This document shows positions 13,540 to 27,524 of a stretch of 64,000 bases of DNA, in pieces (position 1 is the first letter of the stretch; each line of letters begins with the position of its first letter). A program made the position numbers and the translations under genes. Source of the DNA: Hydrolagus affinis (lineage: Eukaryota); NCBI GenBank assembly GCA_012026655.1, contig JAAILG010000910.1, positions 1-64,000 of the forward strand, given 5' to 3'. The notes below the pieces were generated by a model. The model was not told the DNA's origin. It saw only the letters and a program-made list of their open reading frames with translations, and ran no database searches.

Positions 13540-14020
13540 TAGGTGAATTGCATGACATCACATCATCTCAGTTGGTAATTTATGGATGCTTGCGAGACAT
13601 TGATGTGTGCAAATTGACTGTCACGTTCCCCTATAAATACAAACTCACTACATTTTACAATAGTCTGCAAAGCACTTTGAGACATCTCGACAACATATCA
13701 AATGCAAGGATTACATTATTATCTCAGGTTTAACATTGATTTTTTAAAATTATTACTTTTAATAATGGTGTATGAGTGACCAATTTTATCCGTGGGATTG
13801 TCGGCCAGGACCCTGGGAAAAACTTGTTTCTCTTTTCGAATAATGCAACCAATTTTTTTAGCTCCCACCTGACAGACAGGACCTCGGTTTAACATCTCAC
13901 CCAAAGGACAGCACCTTCAACAATTCACCACACTCCCATTATTTCATTGGTGTGTCAGCCTGGACTATGTGAGTTCAAAGTCCTCATATGGGGGCTTGAA
14001 CCCAACAACCTTCTGACTAA
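13540..14020. mobile_element. SINE tail (+, 13540-13722) abutting a Deu-domain SINE (-, about 13770-14020)
   Basis: gcactttgagacatctc...caaatgcaaggatt, then ggccaggaccctgggaaaa...cggtttaacatctcacccaaaggacagcacc...ggggcttgaaccc. Confidence 0.75.
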
Positions 14021-15319
14021 GAACATTTGGAGTATTCAAATGTTGGAAGTGCAATATGTAGCAGGAGAACTGTGTCGGAAATCGTGCCTGAAGTCTGCAC
14101 ACTTGACATCCTTAACCATTTCATTTTGTACCGCAAAATAAGCTACATGCAACAGTGGAAGCTGATGTAAAAAGCTTTAAATAGCAAGTCACATCTTGTG
14201 CAATTTGTTTGGACCATCTGGATGTTCCATTGTGTTTGGTGAACACTGACTGCCGATGCGTGACAGTTGATATATGTTTAGTTCAGTGAATTGCCATAGC
14301 CTGCTCCTGGGACTATGTGTTTAAGTTTTCAGCATTTTGTGGAAATTTCTGTCAGATCGCAGCAGAGTCGTCTGTATCCTTTATGGCAGATCTCCAAATT
14401 CCTCGGGCATTTTATCAGAGCGGCACTCCGCTTTAGTGTTTTATAGGTTATAAAAACTATGCCAAAGTTCTTGTAAGCAGCTGGGTGAGTGTCAGCTGAC
14501 AGGAATGATTCACAATATGTAGAGCAGAATAAAGAGACATGTGAATCCTGTGAGAATCAAAGTTGCACTTGTTTAACAAGCAATACGTCCAACAAACAAG
14601 GCACTTGAAAGAAGTCACACAATTGCTGTTTGATGTTCTTCTGTCTCTGTGGCACAGAGGATTTACGAGAAAGACTCTATGGTATTACCTGCGTAAAGGA
14701 AATACTTACTGGTAACTGTGAGAACATGTTTACTGCAAATCAGGCGCTCATTACAGCTGCCGCCCAGGCCCATTTAAACGTACATTTATTTATGTGATGC
14801 AGTGTTTTGCCCTTTACATGTGGAATGCTTTCTCAGTTTCACTGTACACCCCCCACCCACACATACCCCATTTATTCCAGCACTGACACTCACAGTGTTA
14901 CAGTTCACTGTAGACTGACATAAAATCAATTGGAGGAGCCCCCATTTACGCTGTTTATCACAGAAGGGCAGCCAGACTTGCTGCTCTGGGTTAACATTTA
15001 TACAATGGTACAGAGTTGCTGTGTAGAAGGAGGGATGTTGCGCTGGTCTAGAGTCCTAAAGAATAGTGGTTAAAACAACAACAAAATTATATATGTATGT
15101 GCCTTTCATGTCGGGAGGACATCCTAAGGCTCCCAAGTTACACTATAGCATCTCAGATCTCAGAACAGCATGAAGCCTGACTACAAAGTGGAACTCCTTT
15201 GGCAGTTTGCTTTCATGGAAACAATTACTATTTCACTCCAGACTTGAATAAATATCAAGCACACACACCTGTACAAGTTGAATGGTGGTTCAATGTTCTG
15301 TATTAATATGTTAAGATTC

Positions 15320-15680
15320 AGAACTCTGCTGCTTACATACTTACCCGGACCAAACTCCATGCCCCCATCTCACCAGTTCTGGCCAGGCTCCACTGGCACC
15401 CTATCACCGAATGGATCGACTTCAAGATCCTCACACTCCTGTTCAAATCCCTGCATCCAATAGTACCTCTCTGATATCCTCACTCCCCAATCCACCACCT
15501 GGTGTATCCACTCGACTGGTACTGGCCTCCTGCTTTTCCCTTGCACTCTCCGCTCCGCACCATTCTAGGTTGTGCATTCAGCCACTACGCTGCAAAACTC
15601 TGGAACACTCTCCCTCCATCCCTCTGCCTTTCCCGCCCTTTCCCCCTTTTCAAGTTCCACCTGAAAACCTTCCGTTTCGT
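15320..15680 (+). mobile_element. L2 LINE ORF2 C-terminal remnant
   Basis: Encodes LHWxP...RIDFKI-like and AFSHYAAKLWNTLP motifs typical of the L2 ORF2 end. Confidence 0.8.
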
Positions 15681-16493
15681 CCAAAACAAAGCTCAAAAAT
15701 GGCCCAGGATTCTTCTCACAAGATCACAAAATTGGTCTGGATGAAGAAGGCCCTTTGGTCCATTCAATCTCATCCCTGCAAAACACCCAAAACTGCAAGA
15801 ATGACCCCATCACTGCAAAAATAAAGCGGTTGAGAATATCAATAACATCCTGCTAGAAATGGCTAAAATCAACCCACAGCCTGAACTCATTGTGATATTG
15901 GTTTCAGAACTAAAGAATCAAACAAATTTATATGATTATTATTATGCCTGATAGTTTCCAATTGCTGCCTTGTCTTTTAGGCAGTCCTGCAAACAGAATG
16001 ATGCTGTACTGTTCTCTTCACAGATAGTTTCATGCATTCAGAGGATAATAAAATCACAGCAAAAACATTGCTATTTTTAGTCATCAGAACATAGTATACT
16101 GTAAGTCAATTCTTACCCCCACTTCCCCACTCTGTTTCACTTGAACACCTGAGTGGCAGTGAACATCACCCAAGCAAAACAAATGAGTTCAAGTGGTGGT
16201 TGACATTGAGAGTTGAACTTGTTACATTTGGTAGAGATCAATCACAGCCAGTTCAGCTACAGGCAAACATCCATGTCACCAAGCAACCTGATCATTGGTA
16301 ACCGATCAAATGTTCCATGTATTCAAATAGCACTGAACTTTGAATTTTTCATTCATGATTAAGCAATAAGCAATGTGGTCAATAATATGATAACAATTTT
16401 GTTTCAGCTTTGCAGAAAAAGAAAACATAATACTGTAATTGTTGCCATTGATATACAGTACAGTATATATCTACTGTACTTATCACACTGCAG

Positions 16494-16766
16494 AATAATA
16501 ATAATAATCCTTGCATTTTTATGTCTTCTAGACATCTCAAAGCGCTTCACAGAATATATTGTAAAGTGAATTGACTGTTTATTTGTGGATGAAACACGGC
16601 AGTCAATTGCGCACAGCAGTGTCCCACAAAGAGTCATGGATTGAAATGACTATTTATATATTATTATCTATTTATATATTATTATGTAAAGCAAGTGCTC
16701 TAACCACTGACTCAGAGTGGGGAAGAGGGGGTAAGAATTGACTTACAGTATACTACAAGACTCCAC
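16494..16766 (-). mobile_element. SINE family A copy, internally deleted, with an insertion in its tRNA head
   Basis: Tail and body match the family. The head ctaaccactga...ctacaagactccac is interrupted at about 16711-16752. Confidence 0.85.
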
Positions 16767-19700
16767 GTATATTGTGCAGCTTGAAGCCATAACCTTCTGA
16801 TACAAAGCGAGAGTGCTACCAATTGGGCCAGGCTGATAAATTAAATATCTTATGCTATACACTACTTTTAAGATGGTTCTGCCTGAACCAGGTTCTTTCC
16901 AAGTATGATCGATTTACCCCAAATATAAACTACATGACAAGAGATTTCTAAAAGAAAAACTAGCCATATAACCTTCATTTTTAAAAATCTGATTTTATTT
17001 GAAGCCTTCAACTCCACTCACTATTTTTATAAACTAATATTTAAACCTCCTAATGCACCATGGTAGATCATTAGCTGTAGGAAGGGAAAGGCCACGTAAC
17101 ATGTTATTACATATTTACAGAAGAGAAGTATTTGAAAGCACTGCAGATAAAGCCAAATGCCACCGAGCAAACGTTTAGAGTGGAAATGAAATGATTAAGT
17201 CACTGTGATCCCCAAAAATAAGAAATTAATATTTAAATTTTGAAGAGAGAAAATAAAATTGCTGATGAAGTTTTCATTTCCTCTGGTGCCCTGTTCATTA
17301 TAGAAAGTTTTTTTTCAAAAAAAAAGGTATTTGGGGCCGTTCTCACATTCTTAATGGTCTCCTGCACCTGCTCATCTGGTACATTTTTAATTAACACTCT
17401 AAGGAGATTTGTCAGTCGTAATCAAAAACATTGTCACTTATAAAGCTGTGGCAAAAAAAATCAATAGTTTTTCATCAGAAAAGGTTATTTCTGGCATAAG
17501 TGAACCATTTAATTGCTTCATTCCAATAAACAAAACTGCACATTTTAATGACACGATTCTCTGAATCAATAACCGCCATACATTTTATTAACCAGCAACA
17601 TGTGGGAAGATATTTTTTTGAGTCCTTCCAATCAAGGCAGAAGCATTTTCCTTATTTTCATTTCCTTGGTAACTGCAATAAGTTTCAAAGCCTATGCAGG
17701 TCCATGATTTATACATAGAAATTGACCCCCATGGCAGTAACACAGCGATGGGTGACTAGTTTCCAACAGTAAGCTACTGGCACTTGACAAAGTGCCTGAA
17801 GCAGAATGAATTTACTTCTTTTTTTCCTCACTCATCAACAGGCTCTGCCCTGACCCCCTCATCCTGACTGATGTGACAAGATCTTGCCGTGTTTGTGGAG
17901 AAAATCTACTGGTGGGCTTATTTTTCAATGCTCTCCAAAGTTAGCTTTGCACTCGCCTTTCACAAAGTGAACGTGGCACATGAAAGGATTTTCAAAGATA
18001 GCATAACATTTACAAACAGTTTGAAAACAGTGACACTGAGACTCAAGTCCTGACAAAATAAAGAAGAGCATTAACTTTCAATTCTCCTACAAGCATTGCT
18101 TCACAGCTCATGGCTATTGCTTTTTCAATTTCTCCCCAGAGAGCCAGGAGTTATTACCCCTGTCGATGGAGGAGAAAGGGATGTTATTCCCCTGTCACCC
18201 ACCCAACTCTGGCATATTCCCTTCTATGATCTATAGCCATCCATAGAAAAAAAGTGTATGACATGCTGTTAGTTCTCAACTATATCAGATTCATCTACCT
18301 GCGCTGTTGGAATTACTTTCTGGAGCCAGAGTGACACAATCTCACAGGAATCAGACTGAAGGAATTCCAAAACAAATATGCTATGAGACACCATATACAA
18401 TGAGTCACTCACAAAGCATATATGCTTGATGCCTGCCTAAAGCACTGGTTTGATTATTAACTAGAGTGCAATAAAATAAACTACCTTCTTTGTTTCCAAC
18501 AAGTGTTTAGCAATTTGATTTGTTCCAATATGGGAGAGAAAATTGTAAGCCACATCTTTTTGTACATGGGGAAAAAACCCACAAGACTGACATCCGACTA
18601 ATGTTAAAGATCCATTGTTAAAAGACAATAAAGACATATTGTGCGATACATTTTATGTGGTTTTTCTGAAATATAGATTTTGCTCAGCATTGACAAACCA
18701 AGCTATCAGGTGCTTTCAACGTTATATGGAGACAAAACATTATGTATTGCACACCAATCCTGTGTGAGGACAGGCCTGTCAACTTGTAAATACATGACAA
18801 TTATGCAGTATCAAATCCAAACATGTCTTTTGCTAATATATTAACTTTTTTTTCCAATTGAGGGAAAAAAATCCCATAATTTATCCAATTCGGAAGTAAA
18901 TGAACAGAAAAACAGTCAGACGCTAAAGCTAGGACGTGTACAGAATATACCAAACATTCAGCACCCTGGGTTTTCACCTAATGGATGTGTTTGGTCATGT
19001 GATTAAATAGTCTTTCTTTTCTATCTTTCATTACTAGATTTTAACACAACAATCTCCTAAATAAAATCGATCATTCGCTTCAACTCTGCCTGTAGAATAT
19101 TGTTGTGCACTATTTGGATCCCATGTTCAGCTACAAATAGTCACTACACATTACAGTATATCCCGGGAAGCAATTTGTGACATCCTGAAGTAAAAAATGC
19201 TATACCAAATGTAAGGGTTATTTTACTTTATTCTTGTTTAATACATAGTAGATAAACATCATAATAATCCTTGCATTTGATATAGCGCTTTTCACGTCTA
19301 TATCATGTCAATTTAGAACATACCAAGCGAACAATCCAAACATATTAGAGTTTCAATGAAGCTCTCAAACAGCAACAAAACGTCAATGAAGCCGATGTTT
19401 AATAGTCTTACAAACCAATAAATCAAATAATCTGTAATGTATAATTCATGTGTTTCTGTGCTTGGGTTTTACCATGTCATTGCTGGTTAATTTTATACTA
19501 AGATAATTTATGTGTGATGAATAACGTTACAGGAAGAAAGGACTAAGTACTGGAAATAGTAGAGCTTCACAGTAGTAAATTTGACAATAGTCATGGCACA
19601 CTTTATTTACTGTGACTGAGTAGCTTTCTAATGCCAAAATCCCAGAGTGCCAGCTGTTAAATGGTTGACAAAGAGGGGAAGTTTGAAGCCAGTTTAAATT

Positions 19701-20299
19701 TAAATTTAAGAGTCCCCTTAGGAAACTAACTCAGAGATCAAACTTTTTTTTATTTAAACTGTATTGTTTTTGTGCTTTATGATTATTCCTAGGGACTCTT
19801 CTAAATTAAACTTCATCAAAGGTAAACGCTCACAAAATAGGCCACCAGTGTTACACGCAATGTTACCGTAACTTACTTTTTGGGCGTCAGCTAAGTGTTT
19901 GATGCATATGGAAACCTATCAACATGATTAAGCATGATTAAACCAGGGGTCCACATATGCAAGCCACATACACATGGAAATTTCCCTGTCTCATGGTGTG
20001 CAAACTCTGTCCCTGGTGGGCCACACCCTGTGCACCTAATCTCAGAACATACTAGACATAGTTTAGTCAGAGCCAAGCACATGATGCTATCTGTGATAAT
20101 CTAATATTGTCCTCACAGCTTTGGGTTTTGAGACCCAAAATCATATTGGTCACTTTGTCTGAATTGTCAATGCCTTAAGCCTTTGTGAGGTAGAGCATCC
20201 AAACTTGCAATAGTACACATGCACGCTTACTATTGAGTTACCCTGGCTGGTTTAAAGTAATCCTCTGTGATGCATCAGATTATTTCATTAGTATTGTTA

Positions 20300-20557
20300 A
20301 CTATTCCTTGTTGGCCTCACCAATTCTTCCATCCACAAGCTGTAGATCATCTGCAACTCAAGTCCTCTCCCGCACAAGACTCTGTGACCCTATCACCCCC
20401 ACCCTCGCCTGGCCCCACTGGCTCCCCATCCCTCAGATAACAGAATTAAAAATCTTCATCATCAATTCAAGGCCTCCACTTCCTTGCCCCCTCCTACTAC
20501 TCTAACCTGCTAACCCTCTATCAACCAGTCCGCTCCCTCCATTCAGCAGGCTCCGGC
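20300..20557 (+). mobile_element. L2 LINE ORF2 remnant
   Basis: Translates VLSRTRLCDPITPTLAWPHWLPIPQ, the L2 HITPxLxxLHWLP motif. Confidence 0.8.
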
Positions 20558-20703
20558 CACAAACAGTCATGATTGAAATGACCAATTTATTGTTGTTTTT
20601 CTTTTGAGGGATTATTATTAGGCATGTGGAATAAGGAAACTTGCCCACGGTTTTGCCCTGACAGATAACTACATTACTGAGGCGTTCTGAGAGGTTATCC
20701 TAT

Positions 20704-21010
20704 GTGGAGTCCTGTAGCTCAGTGGTTAGAGCACTCGCCTTACAAACAAGAGACCTTGGTTCAATTCCAGGCAGGGTGAAACCTTAGGCAATTTCCTTAC
20801 TACACACACCTTATAATAATCCCTCAAAAGAAAAAACAATAATTGGTCATTTCAATCACAACAGTTTGTGGGACATTCTATGCGCAATTGGCTGCCACGT
20901 TTCGCCTACAATACAGTCAATTTACTTTACGATACATTTTGTGAAGCGGTTTGAGATGCCTAGAAGATGTGAAAAGGACTCTACTGTATCAAATGCAAGG
21001 ATTATTATTA
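20704..21010 (+). mobile_element. Full-length tRNA-derived SINE family A
   Basis: Box A TAGCTCAGTGG and box B GGTTCAATTCC, anticodon-like loop CTTACAA (Val-like), (ATT)n tail. TATGTG is repeated at 20701-20706 and 21009-21014. Confidence 0.92.
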
Positions 21011-21099
21011 TGTGAAAGGCTTAACCCCACAGGTCAACCCCACCTGATCAGTTGACTTATTTTTCATAACAACACGAAAAGCCACTTTTATCTTATCAA

Positions 21100-21160
21100 C
21101 AGAATCATAGAATCTTACAGCACAAAAGGAGGCCATTCGGCCCATCGAATCTGTGCCGGC
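21100..21160 (-). mobile_element. CR1 extreme 3' end
   Basis: agaatcatagaatcttacagcacaaaaggaggccattcggcccatcg is the reverse complement of the CR1 terminus seen at 3335-3380. Confidence 0.75.
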
Positions 21161-22354
21161 AAACAGGAATTGGATAAATACGGTTAAAATAAATTGAATT
21201 GGTTAATCTGAACCTTGGCAAAGATAAGAGCAAGCCAGATGGGCCTTTTTTCATTTCTACTTTCTAGTTCTTAAGTTCCTACAGGTAGACACAAGAGTTG
21301 TCTGTCATATGATCAGAGTTAACATAGTGCTGTTAAACTGCATAAGAAAATAAAAAGATAACAATGCTTGAAATGAGAAGGCTATGTGGCCTATTAAGTA
21401 TGTTCCATCTACTGGACATGTACTACTTATCATGGAAGCTAGCCTATCTTGCAATTCCCTCCACCCCATAACATCCAGTTGGACCAAATGAAGTTAAAAC
21501 AATATTTCTACAAATAGATTCAGCTGTGTGAGCTCATGAAAATATGCACAACAAAGACAATTGCTTTAATTAGAGCCAAGTCCCTCAGTTAAGCATTGGC
21601 TATAACTAGCAAAAAAAGAATGCTAAGTGCTTTGGGACATCTAAGAAGCATTCTAGTGAAATGGAAACAATTCCTTGCACAGTCTGAAACCTCCTGACTC
21701 CTATTAAGATAACATCTTGGATTTATCCTTATTTTCCAATCCCCAATAGTTGGAAGATGGAGACTATTCAACATTCTCCGTACTACAAACTCTGAAGCCA
21801 TTCATCTTGAAATGAGTAAACAGGCACTCAAATGTGAACGGCAATTTAATTTCAATCTTCTGTGCAGTAATAATTACATTATCAATTTGAATAGATTTTG
21901 TAAACAACACCTCCCTATGTACACTGTCTGCTACTAGCACTCATGTAAAATTATAGATCGCAAATTAACCTTGGGTGGATTTAGGTGTATCTGTCGCTCA
22001 CAAACAAAATACAGTTACATTACTATACTTTACAGTAAATCTGGTGAAGCACTTTGCTACATCTTTCCAATGTGTCAAGTGCTACACTAAATGCAAGAAT
22101 TAGTATTGTTATTAATACTCTCCCATATCTTGGGAAGCTGGCACATATGGAAGAATGTAAGAAACAGCTTATTACACAATCACAAAGTTAACAGTTAGGT
22201 TTTCCTTACAACTATTCAATTTGGAAGAAACAATGTCCTTTGCAAAGGTACCTTTGCATTCTTGCATCTAGTAAAACACTTGATATTATCCACCCTCACA
22301 TGCTCTGTATCATTTACTGGCATAAAGTTCCTTAAATTATAGAGAATTCCCTCC

Positions 22355-22615
22355 TTCCCCTGTGGTCTAGTAGATCAGAACACCACCCATTGCAGCAATG
22401 TTCTTGGTTCAATTAAATGATATCAACTATCCAGTTGACTCACCTCAGCCAGGATAATAGTTGGAGCTCTTACAATTGGCTTTAGAGTCTCTGGTCGAGG
22501 ATGACAGTGACTCCTTCTGGAGAGTTGATATGTGTCGATGTCAGCTGTGATATTGCCACAGTTAATACCGACACTTGCCTCACAAATGAATAGTCACTTG
22601 GTTAAGGCATCTAGG
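22355..22615 (+). mobile_element. Ancient SINE remnant (AmnSINE2-like)
   Basis: ctcagccagg...tacaattggc...tgtgtcgatgtc...ccgacact...gaatagtcacttgg is collinear with 51575-51835. Family name is from memory. Confidence 0.5.
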
Positions 22616-22748
22616 TAAAGTGAACACCCGCAATTAAACAATTTAATATACTTGAAATTTGTTTGTACTGTATCTGTATATAAGAGGTAAAATGCATCAC
22701 ACAGATAGGCACATGTGTAACAAAGAATTTGCAGTCATCGGAACTCAC

Positions 22749-22941
22749 TGTCATTAGCAGCAGCTGGATTTTCATAAATGACACTGTTGTCATAGAAAGA
22801 CATTTTGCAAATGCCTTGGACATTGACCCCGTCACCATTGTGTAATCCAACATCCTTAGCGAGGCTCTCCGTTCCCGTGACAGGAGAACTGGCAGGTCTT
22901 GAGCTGGTCAGAGAACTTGATGGTCGAGAGCTAGCACAGTT
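22749..22941 (-). CDS. ADGRD-like C-terminal tail exon, NCASSRPSSSLTSSRPASSPVTGTESLAKDVGLHNGDGVNVQGICKMSFYDNSVIYENPAAAND
   Basis: 193 nt open frame in phase 0. Acceptor ttttaattctgttttcag|AAC, donor ACA|gtgagt (phase 1). Ser-rich, as expected of a GPCR tail. Upstream intron is 5,874 bp. Confidence 0.85.
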
Positions 22942-24049
22942 CTGAAAACAGAATTAAAATGCTGTTCAATTTTTTTTAAGTTTAGTTTTATTCTCTCAGC
23001 TGCCTCTTGTTGTAAGAGGCGCATTAAACATTTGATGATTTCAAGTAAAAATTCTGCCCAGAATTTTTTTTTGACTACAGCTGTAAAGTAGCTATTTGTC
23101 TTCTAAGTTCTTTACTAATTTGCTTTGATATGCAGAATTTATCATTCGCATGCGCGTAGAATAACATCAACAACACCCTACCTTACCCGACCACTATAAT
23201 AGGAAATAGTGTGTGGGTGCGTCAAAGAGAGTATAAAGCCTTCAAAGGACATTCAATATTCAGTGACACTGTTTTTGTTTGTTATTCAGTTTCTTCTATG
23301 AAACATATTTTAACCCTTGCTGCAACACAGATAGATGAACTCATCCAGGGTAGAATGAGCTCTCTGACTAGCCGACAAGATAACTCATTTATGGCAGCTA
23401 TTCATGGTCACATGCATAAAAATACATCAAAGATTGACCCGATTACATCTATGATACAGCCTCTCAAGTTAGGGTTCAGCCAATTTGAGTTCAGTTTATT
23501 GGGTGATGTTTCCACCTCTCAGATGGATGGTGAGGCATTATTAGAAGGCAAATGTTCTTTGCCTTTTTTATTCTAAACAATTGGTTGGAACAGGTGGAAT
23601 TGACAAAGATAAAATTATGAAAATGAATAAAAAGTCAACGATATATCACAACAATATATGAACATCAGACATTATACCCAAATAATGAGAGAGGCTTGGT
23701 TCTGAGATGAGAATGTTTTAAAGTTGGTAGCTGATAGCTACTAATAACTATAAGTTATTAGTACAATATAAGAGGATATTAATAAACTAAAACACAGGCA
23801 ACGTACACATTTACAGAAATAACTGAATGAACACGAGGATGGAAACAAATCGCACAAACCATATTGACAATATTCTGTGACAGGTTTTTTTCAACATCCT
23901 TTCATATTGCAGAAATCAAGCTCATCCCAACGACTAAGCAGATTAGTTGCTGTGCATCCATTACAGGGTACCAGTGGACTAACTGAAACCATAATTAAGT
24001 TTGGTTGGCATGGGGAATCTAGAATTTCTTTCTTTCTTCATTAAGAAAT

Positions 24050-24180
24050 TGTGGAAGTGTTTCGCCCACAAAAAATTTGTACTCAATTCCCTTTACAGTA
24101 TATTCTGTGAAGTGCTTTGGGACATCTCAAAGACGTGATAATATTCTTAAATGCAAGGATTAGTATTACAGTATTATTAA
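24050..24180 (+). mobile_element. SINE 3' fragment
   Basis: tttcgcccaca...tttacagtatattctgtgaagtgctttgggacatctc...aaatgcaaggatt. Confidence 0.78.
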
Positions 24181-27100
24181 GTCAACTCTTAAACACACAT
24201 GTACTTGTACAGTGTTATGATGCTCCTAGAAGGCTACCGAGAAGGCTAAACATCTGTAAGAAGTTACTGAGGACATAAATAATATGAGTATTTCCCCACC
24301 TTTAATGTATAACAATGGCATGCATCATACTGATGAGATTATTCTGTCAAACTCCTTCCCTATCTTCCCCACACATTAAAGTTTTACAGGATTCCATGCA
24401 GAATTAGAAATGGAGGTATTCTTCCAAAGGTGTTTACTTCCTGTCTCTTTTTTGGGGAAACATTAGAATGATGTTTAAAAAAGTGTTTTAATTCAAAAGC
24501 TGTTATGTTAAGTGGATATTTGTGTATTAAAAATGAAACTTGTGTGCATTGTAAGGTTTCTTCTCTCCAATTCTAATAAAACCACTTGTCAAACAGAAAT
24601 ATGCATTACCCTACACTGCCCACTAATTTACTGCTAACTATGGAGGTGCATCAATAAAACTGGAAAAGTATTTCACCACACCTAGGATGTGTGATTACAT
24701 TCAGTTTACATTGTCATTACTTTGTTTTATGGTGCCAATTAAAGTGGTATTTTCCACAACTTTCCCCAAACATATTGTAATTTTTCCCAAAAATGTTAAT
24801 CCGAATGGTTTTGTTTTCCATGTTTCTTGAAACTATAGCGAGAATTTTCAACCAGTACTGCATGTTGCATTAAATGGAACAGCATTAACAGCTATTTTCA
24901 AGATAAAAGCAAAACTAGTAATTGTTAACTTACAAAAAAATGCCTGTTCATTGTTTCATTCTTCTCGCACCCTGTCACAACTTGAATTAGGACCAAAAAC
25001 TAATCTGCTTCCAATTTAGTTCCATATTTCATTCCTGTCATAATACTGTGTGGCAAGTATTGGAAGACTATCATTTTTTATTGAGAGCGTGCTACAGGAC
25101 AGCTTTATTTCATGAAGCAATTTGGCACTGAGTCTACCACCTGCAGGTCACCAGAGTCATATACGACTGAGGTCTTTGCAGGTAAGAAGACTTTTCCAGG
25201 ATGAGCTCTATTTTACTCTATAAAATGTAAAGTACAAAGACATGAATCTTAAATGAATCTGAGTAGGAATATGACCTACAACGTAAATCATTGCACAAAG
25301 AGCATAATAACTAACGTCCACACAGTCCTTCAGTGAAATGCAAAATCTATGCATCCACAGACCATATTTGAAGTTCAATTCCAATATTATAAATCTTTTA
25401 ATCTTTTAAATTATTCACATGAAAACAAAACAGGCGCAAGAAGATTCATGTAGTAAGTTCTATTCAACTGTCTTTTAAAACCAGCTCAGTGGTTATATGA
25501 GGGAAAGATCTTACTGATCAATATCCCAATAGCAGAAAATTATGGAGCAGATTTTCTGTTACAAAGAGCAGTAAAGTGAGATGAGCAGACTAGTTTGGAA
25601 CTGTTAGATTGAAGTTTGAAATAGCCAAGAAAAATATTCAATCACTATCCTACCAAATGAACTGGAAGGTCTCACGGTCAATGCAACACATATCAGCACT
25701 GGCATTTTAAAAACTTACCCTGAGATTTAATTTGTGGTATTTTAGAACAGATTTCTTAATAAGAAATGTATAACTGTTCATTTTCCATGACAATGAATGT
25801 GCTGAAAAATGCATTTTTCAGGGCTCATAGTCTTTTAGAAATTCAATTTCTTGTTAAGAAATGTGTGATTACTGAACATTAGTCCCATTATCTCTGTAAA
25901 TGGACACAGGGGTATAAAATATCCTGTCCATAAGCCTACTCAATGATTATTTATTAATTTGCCTCCTGCCCACTGTGAAAGGCTTTGTTTATTCATTGTA
26001 TATTTTACATCACATGAAAACCATAATGGAGAAATACACCCCCACACTATAGTTAATTCATGCTAGTTTTAAATTAATTAAGCAATCTCCTCAGAGCTTC
26101 TCCAAATTACCTTTCCTGACAAGGGCTGGTAAGAAGGAGGTTCAGACCCATGTGGCAAGGTCTTGAACTCAGTCATATCATCAGGTCTAGTTACTGTTCA
26201 ACAGGGAATATTACAGATCAAGTCACCCTAGGTTAGCCTCACACATCTCCGAGCAGTACTGCCAGTGACCTGCCTGCCCTCTTGGGAAAGAAGTAGTGCA
26301 GAGAATGAGAATCTGCCTTACGAGGGGGAAATTAATAACAACAGCACCAAAAAGAAAGTATTAAAAATCACAAAAAAGGCAACATTCTGACTATAATGTA
26401 TTTGTAATTGTCATTTATGGCACATTCTGATTGACCGCTGACAAGCGCTGATCGCAGAAATGTCCATTAGTATTAGCCCTGGTTCTCCCAAATTCCCAAT
26501 GGCAAAAGCATCTCATGACGGTCAGCATCTCAAACAGGGAGAAAACGGGAGGGAAAATATCAAGCATAGAAATAATATTTTTCTAAAAAATATTGCCTTC
26601 GCTCATGGCCACCCCCTTGAAAAGATGGAAAATCACTTTGTGTTACCGATAGTATGTCAGCGGTCTAAATATATTACTGACTGATCATTTTTTACAAGTC
26701 ACAATCTTTGTAGTGTCAACCTGTCAGGGGTCAAAGGGGAAAACATGCAAGATTCCCAAATCAATCTGGCTGTAGAAACTGTCTCATTTCATTTCAAATT
26801 ACCTGCTGTGGCTGCAGTCTGGGACAAACTGCCTGCTCTCATAAAGCATGACAACTTGGGTCGAGCTAATGTGATCATTCATAATGGACAAGTCGTGCTG
26901 TAGCTCCTATTAACTATTTTTAAACCAGTTCACTGAAGTACGTGATCTCTGCTTGCAGCAGCAAGCATAAATAGTGTTGACACGTTAATACCAAAGGACA
27001 GTGTTAAAACAGGATTGAAAACTTTGTGGCTTGATAACAAACTTGACTGCGTCTTTCCTGTTCCATCGTTAAGAAAAACGTGATTCACTGGAAATACAAG

Positions 27101-27524
27101 CATTGATTTTTATGTTAATGAGGAAAACCACCCCTTTGGATTTATGTAGTAAAATATTTATCCAGTCTGTGTTTCTTTTCTTCCTCTAGGAAACCACGTA
27201 TTGATTAACTAATTGACACACTGATCAGTTCATCCATCACCCTTTTCATAGCAAGCTTTGAGTTGTATGTAGTCTCCATGTTGAGCTGTTCGAAGGGCAA
27301 TGCTGAAAGTTTTGTTTTCACAAGTATTCAAACTAATTTCACAATAATTGCACACGAGTGGGATTGAAATTAAGGCTGTGTTTTGTTTCAGAGAGCAAGG
27401 CCCTTTCAAAAATGACTTCTGAGGAAAACTGACATAAATACTGGACGCAAAACGGTAATGACATTATGTGGTTTGATTACGTCTTCTTAACAAACAATTA
27501 AAATACCTCGCAATTATTCTGTGT

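Noticed and set aside
20706-20778. tRNA-Val gene
   Set aside because: It has box A and box B but no proper acceptor stem, and it continues into the SINE body found in many copies.
23146-23157. NRF1-like TCGCATGCGCG motif as a promoter
   Set aside because: A single imperfect motif with no CpG island.
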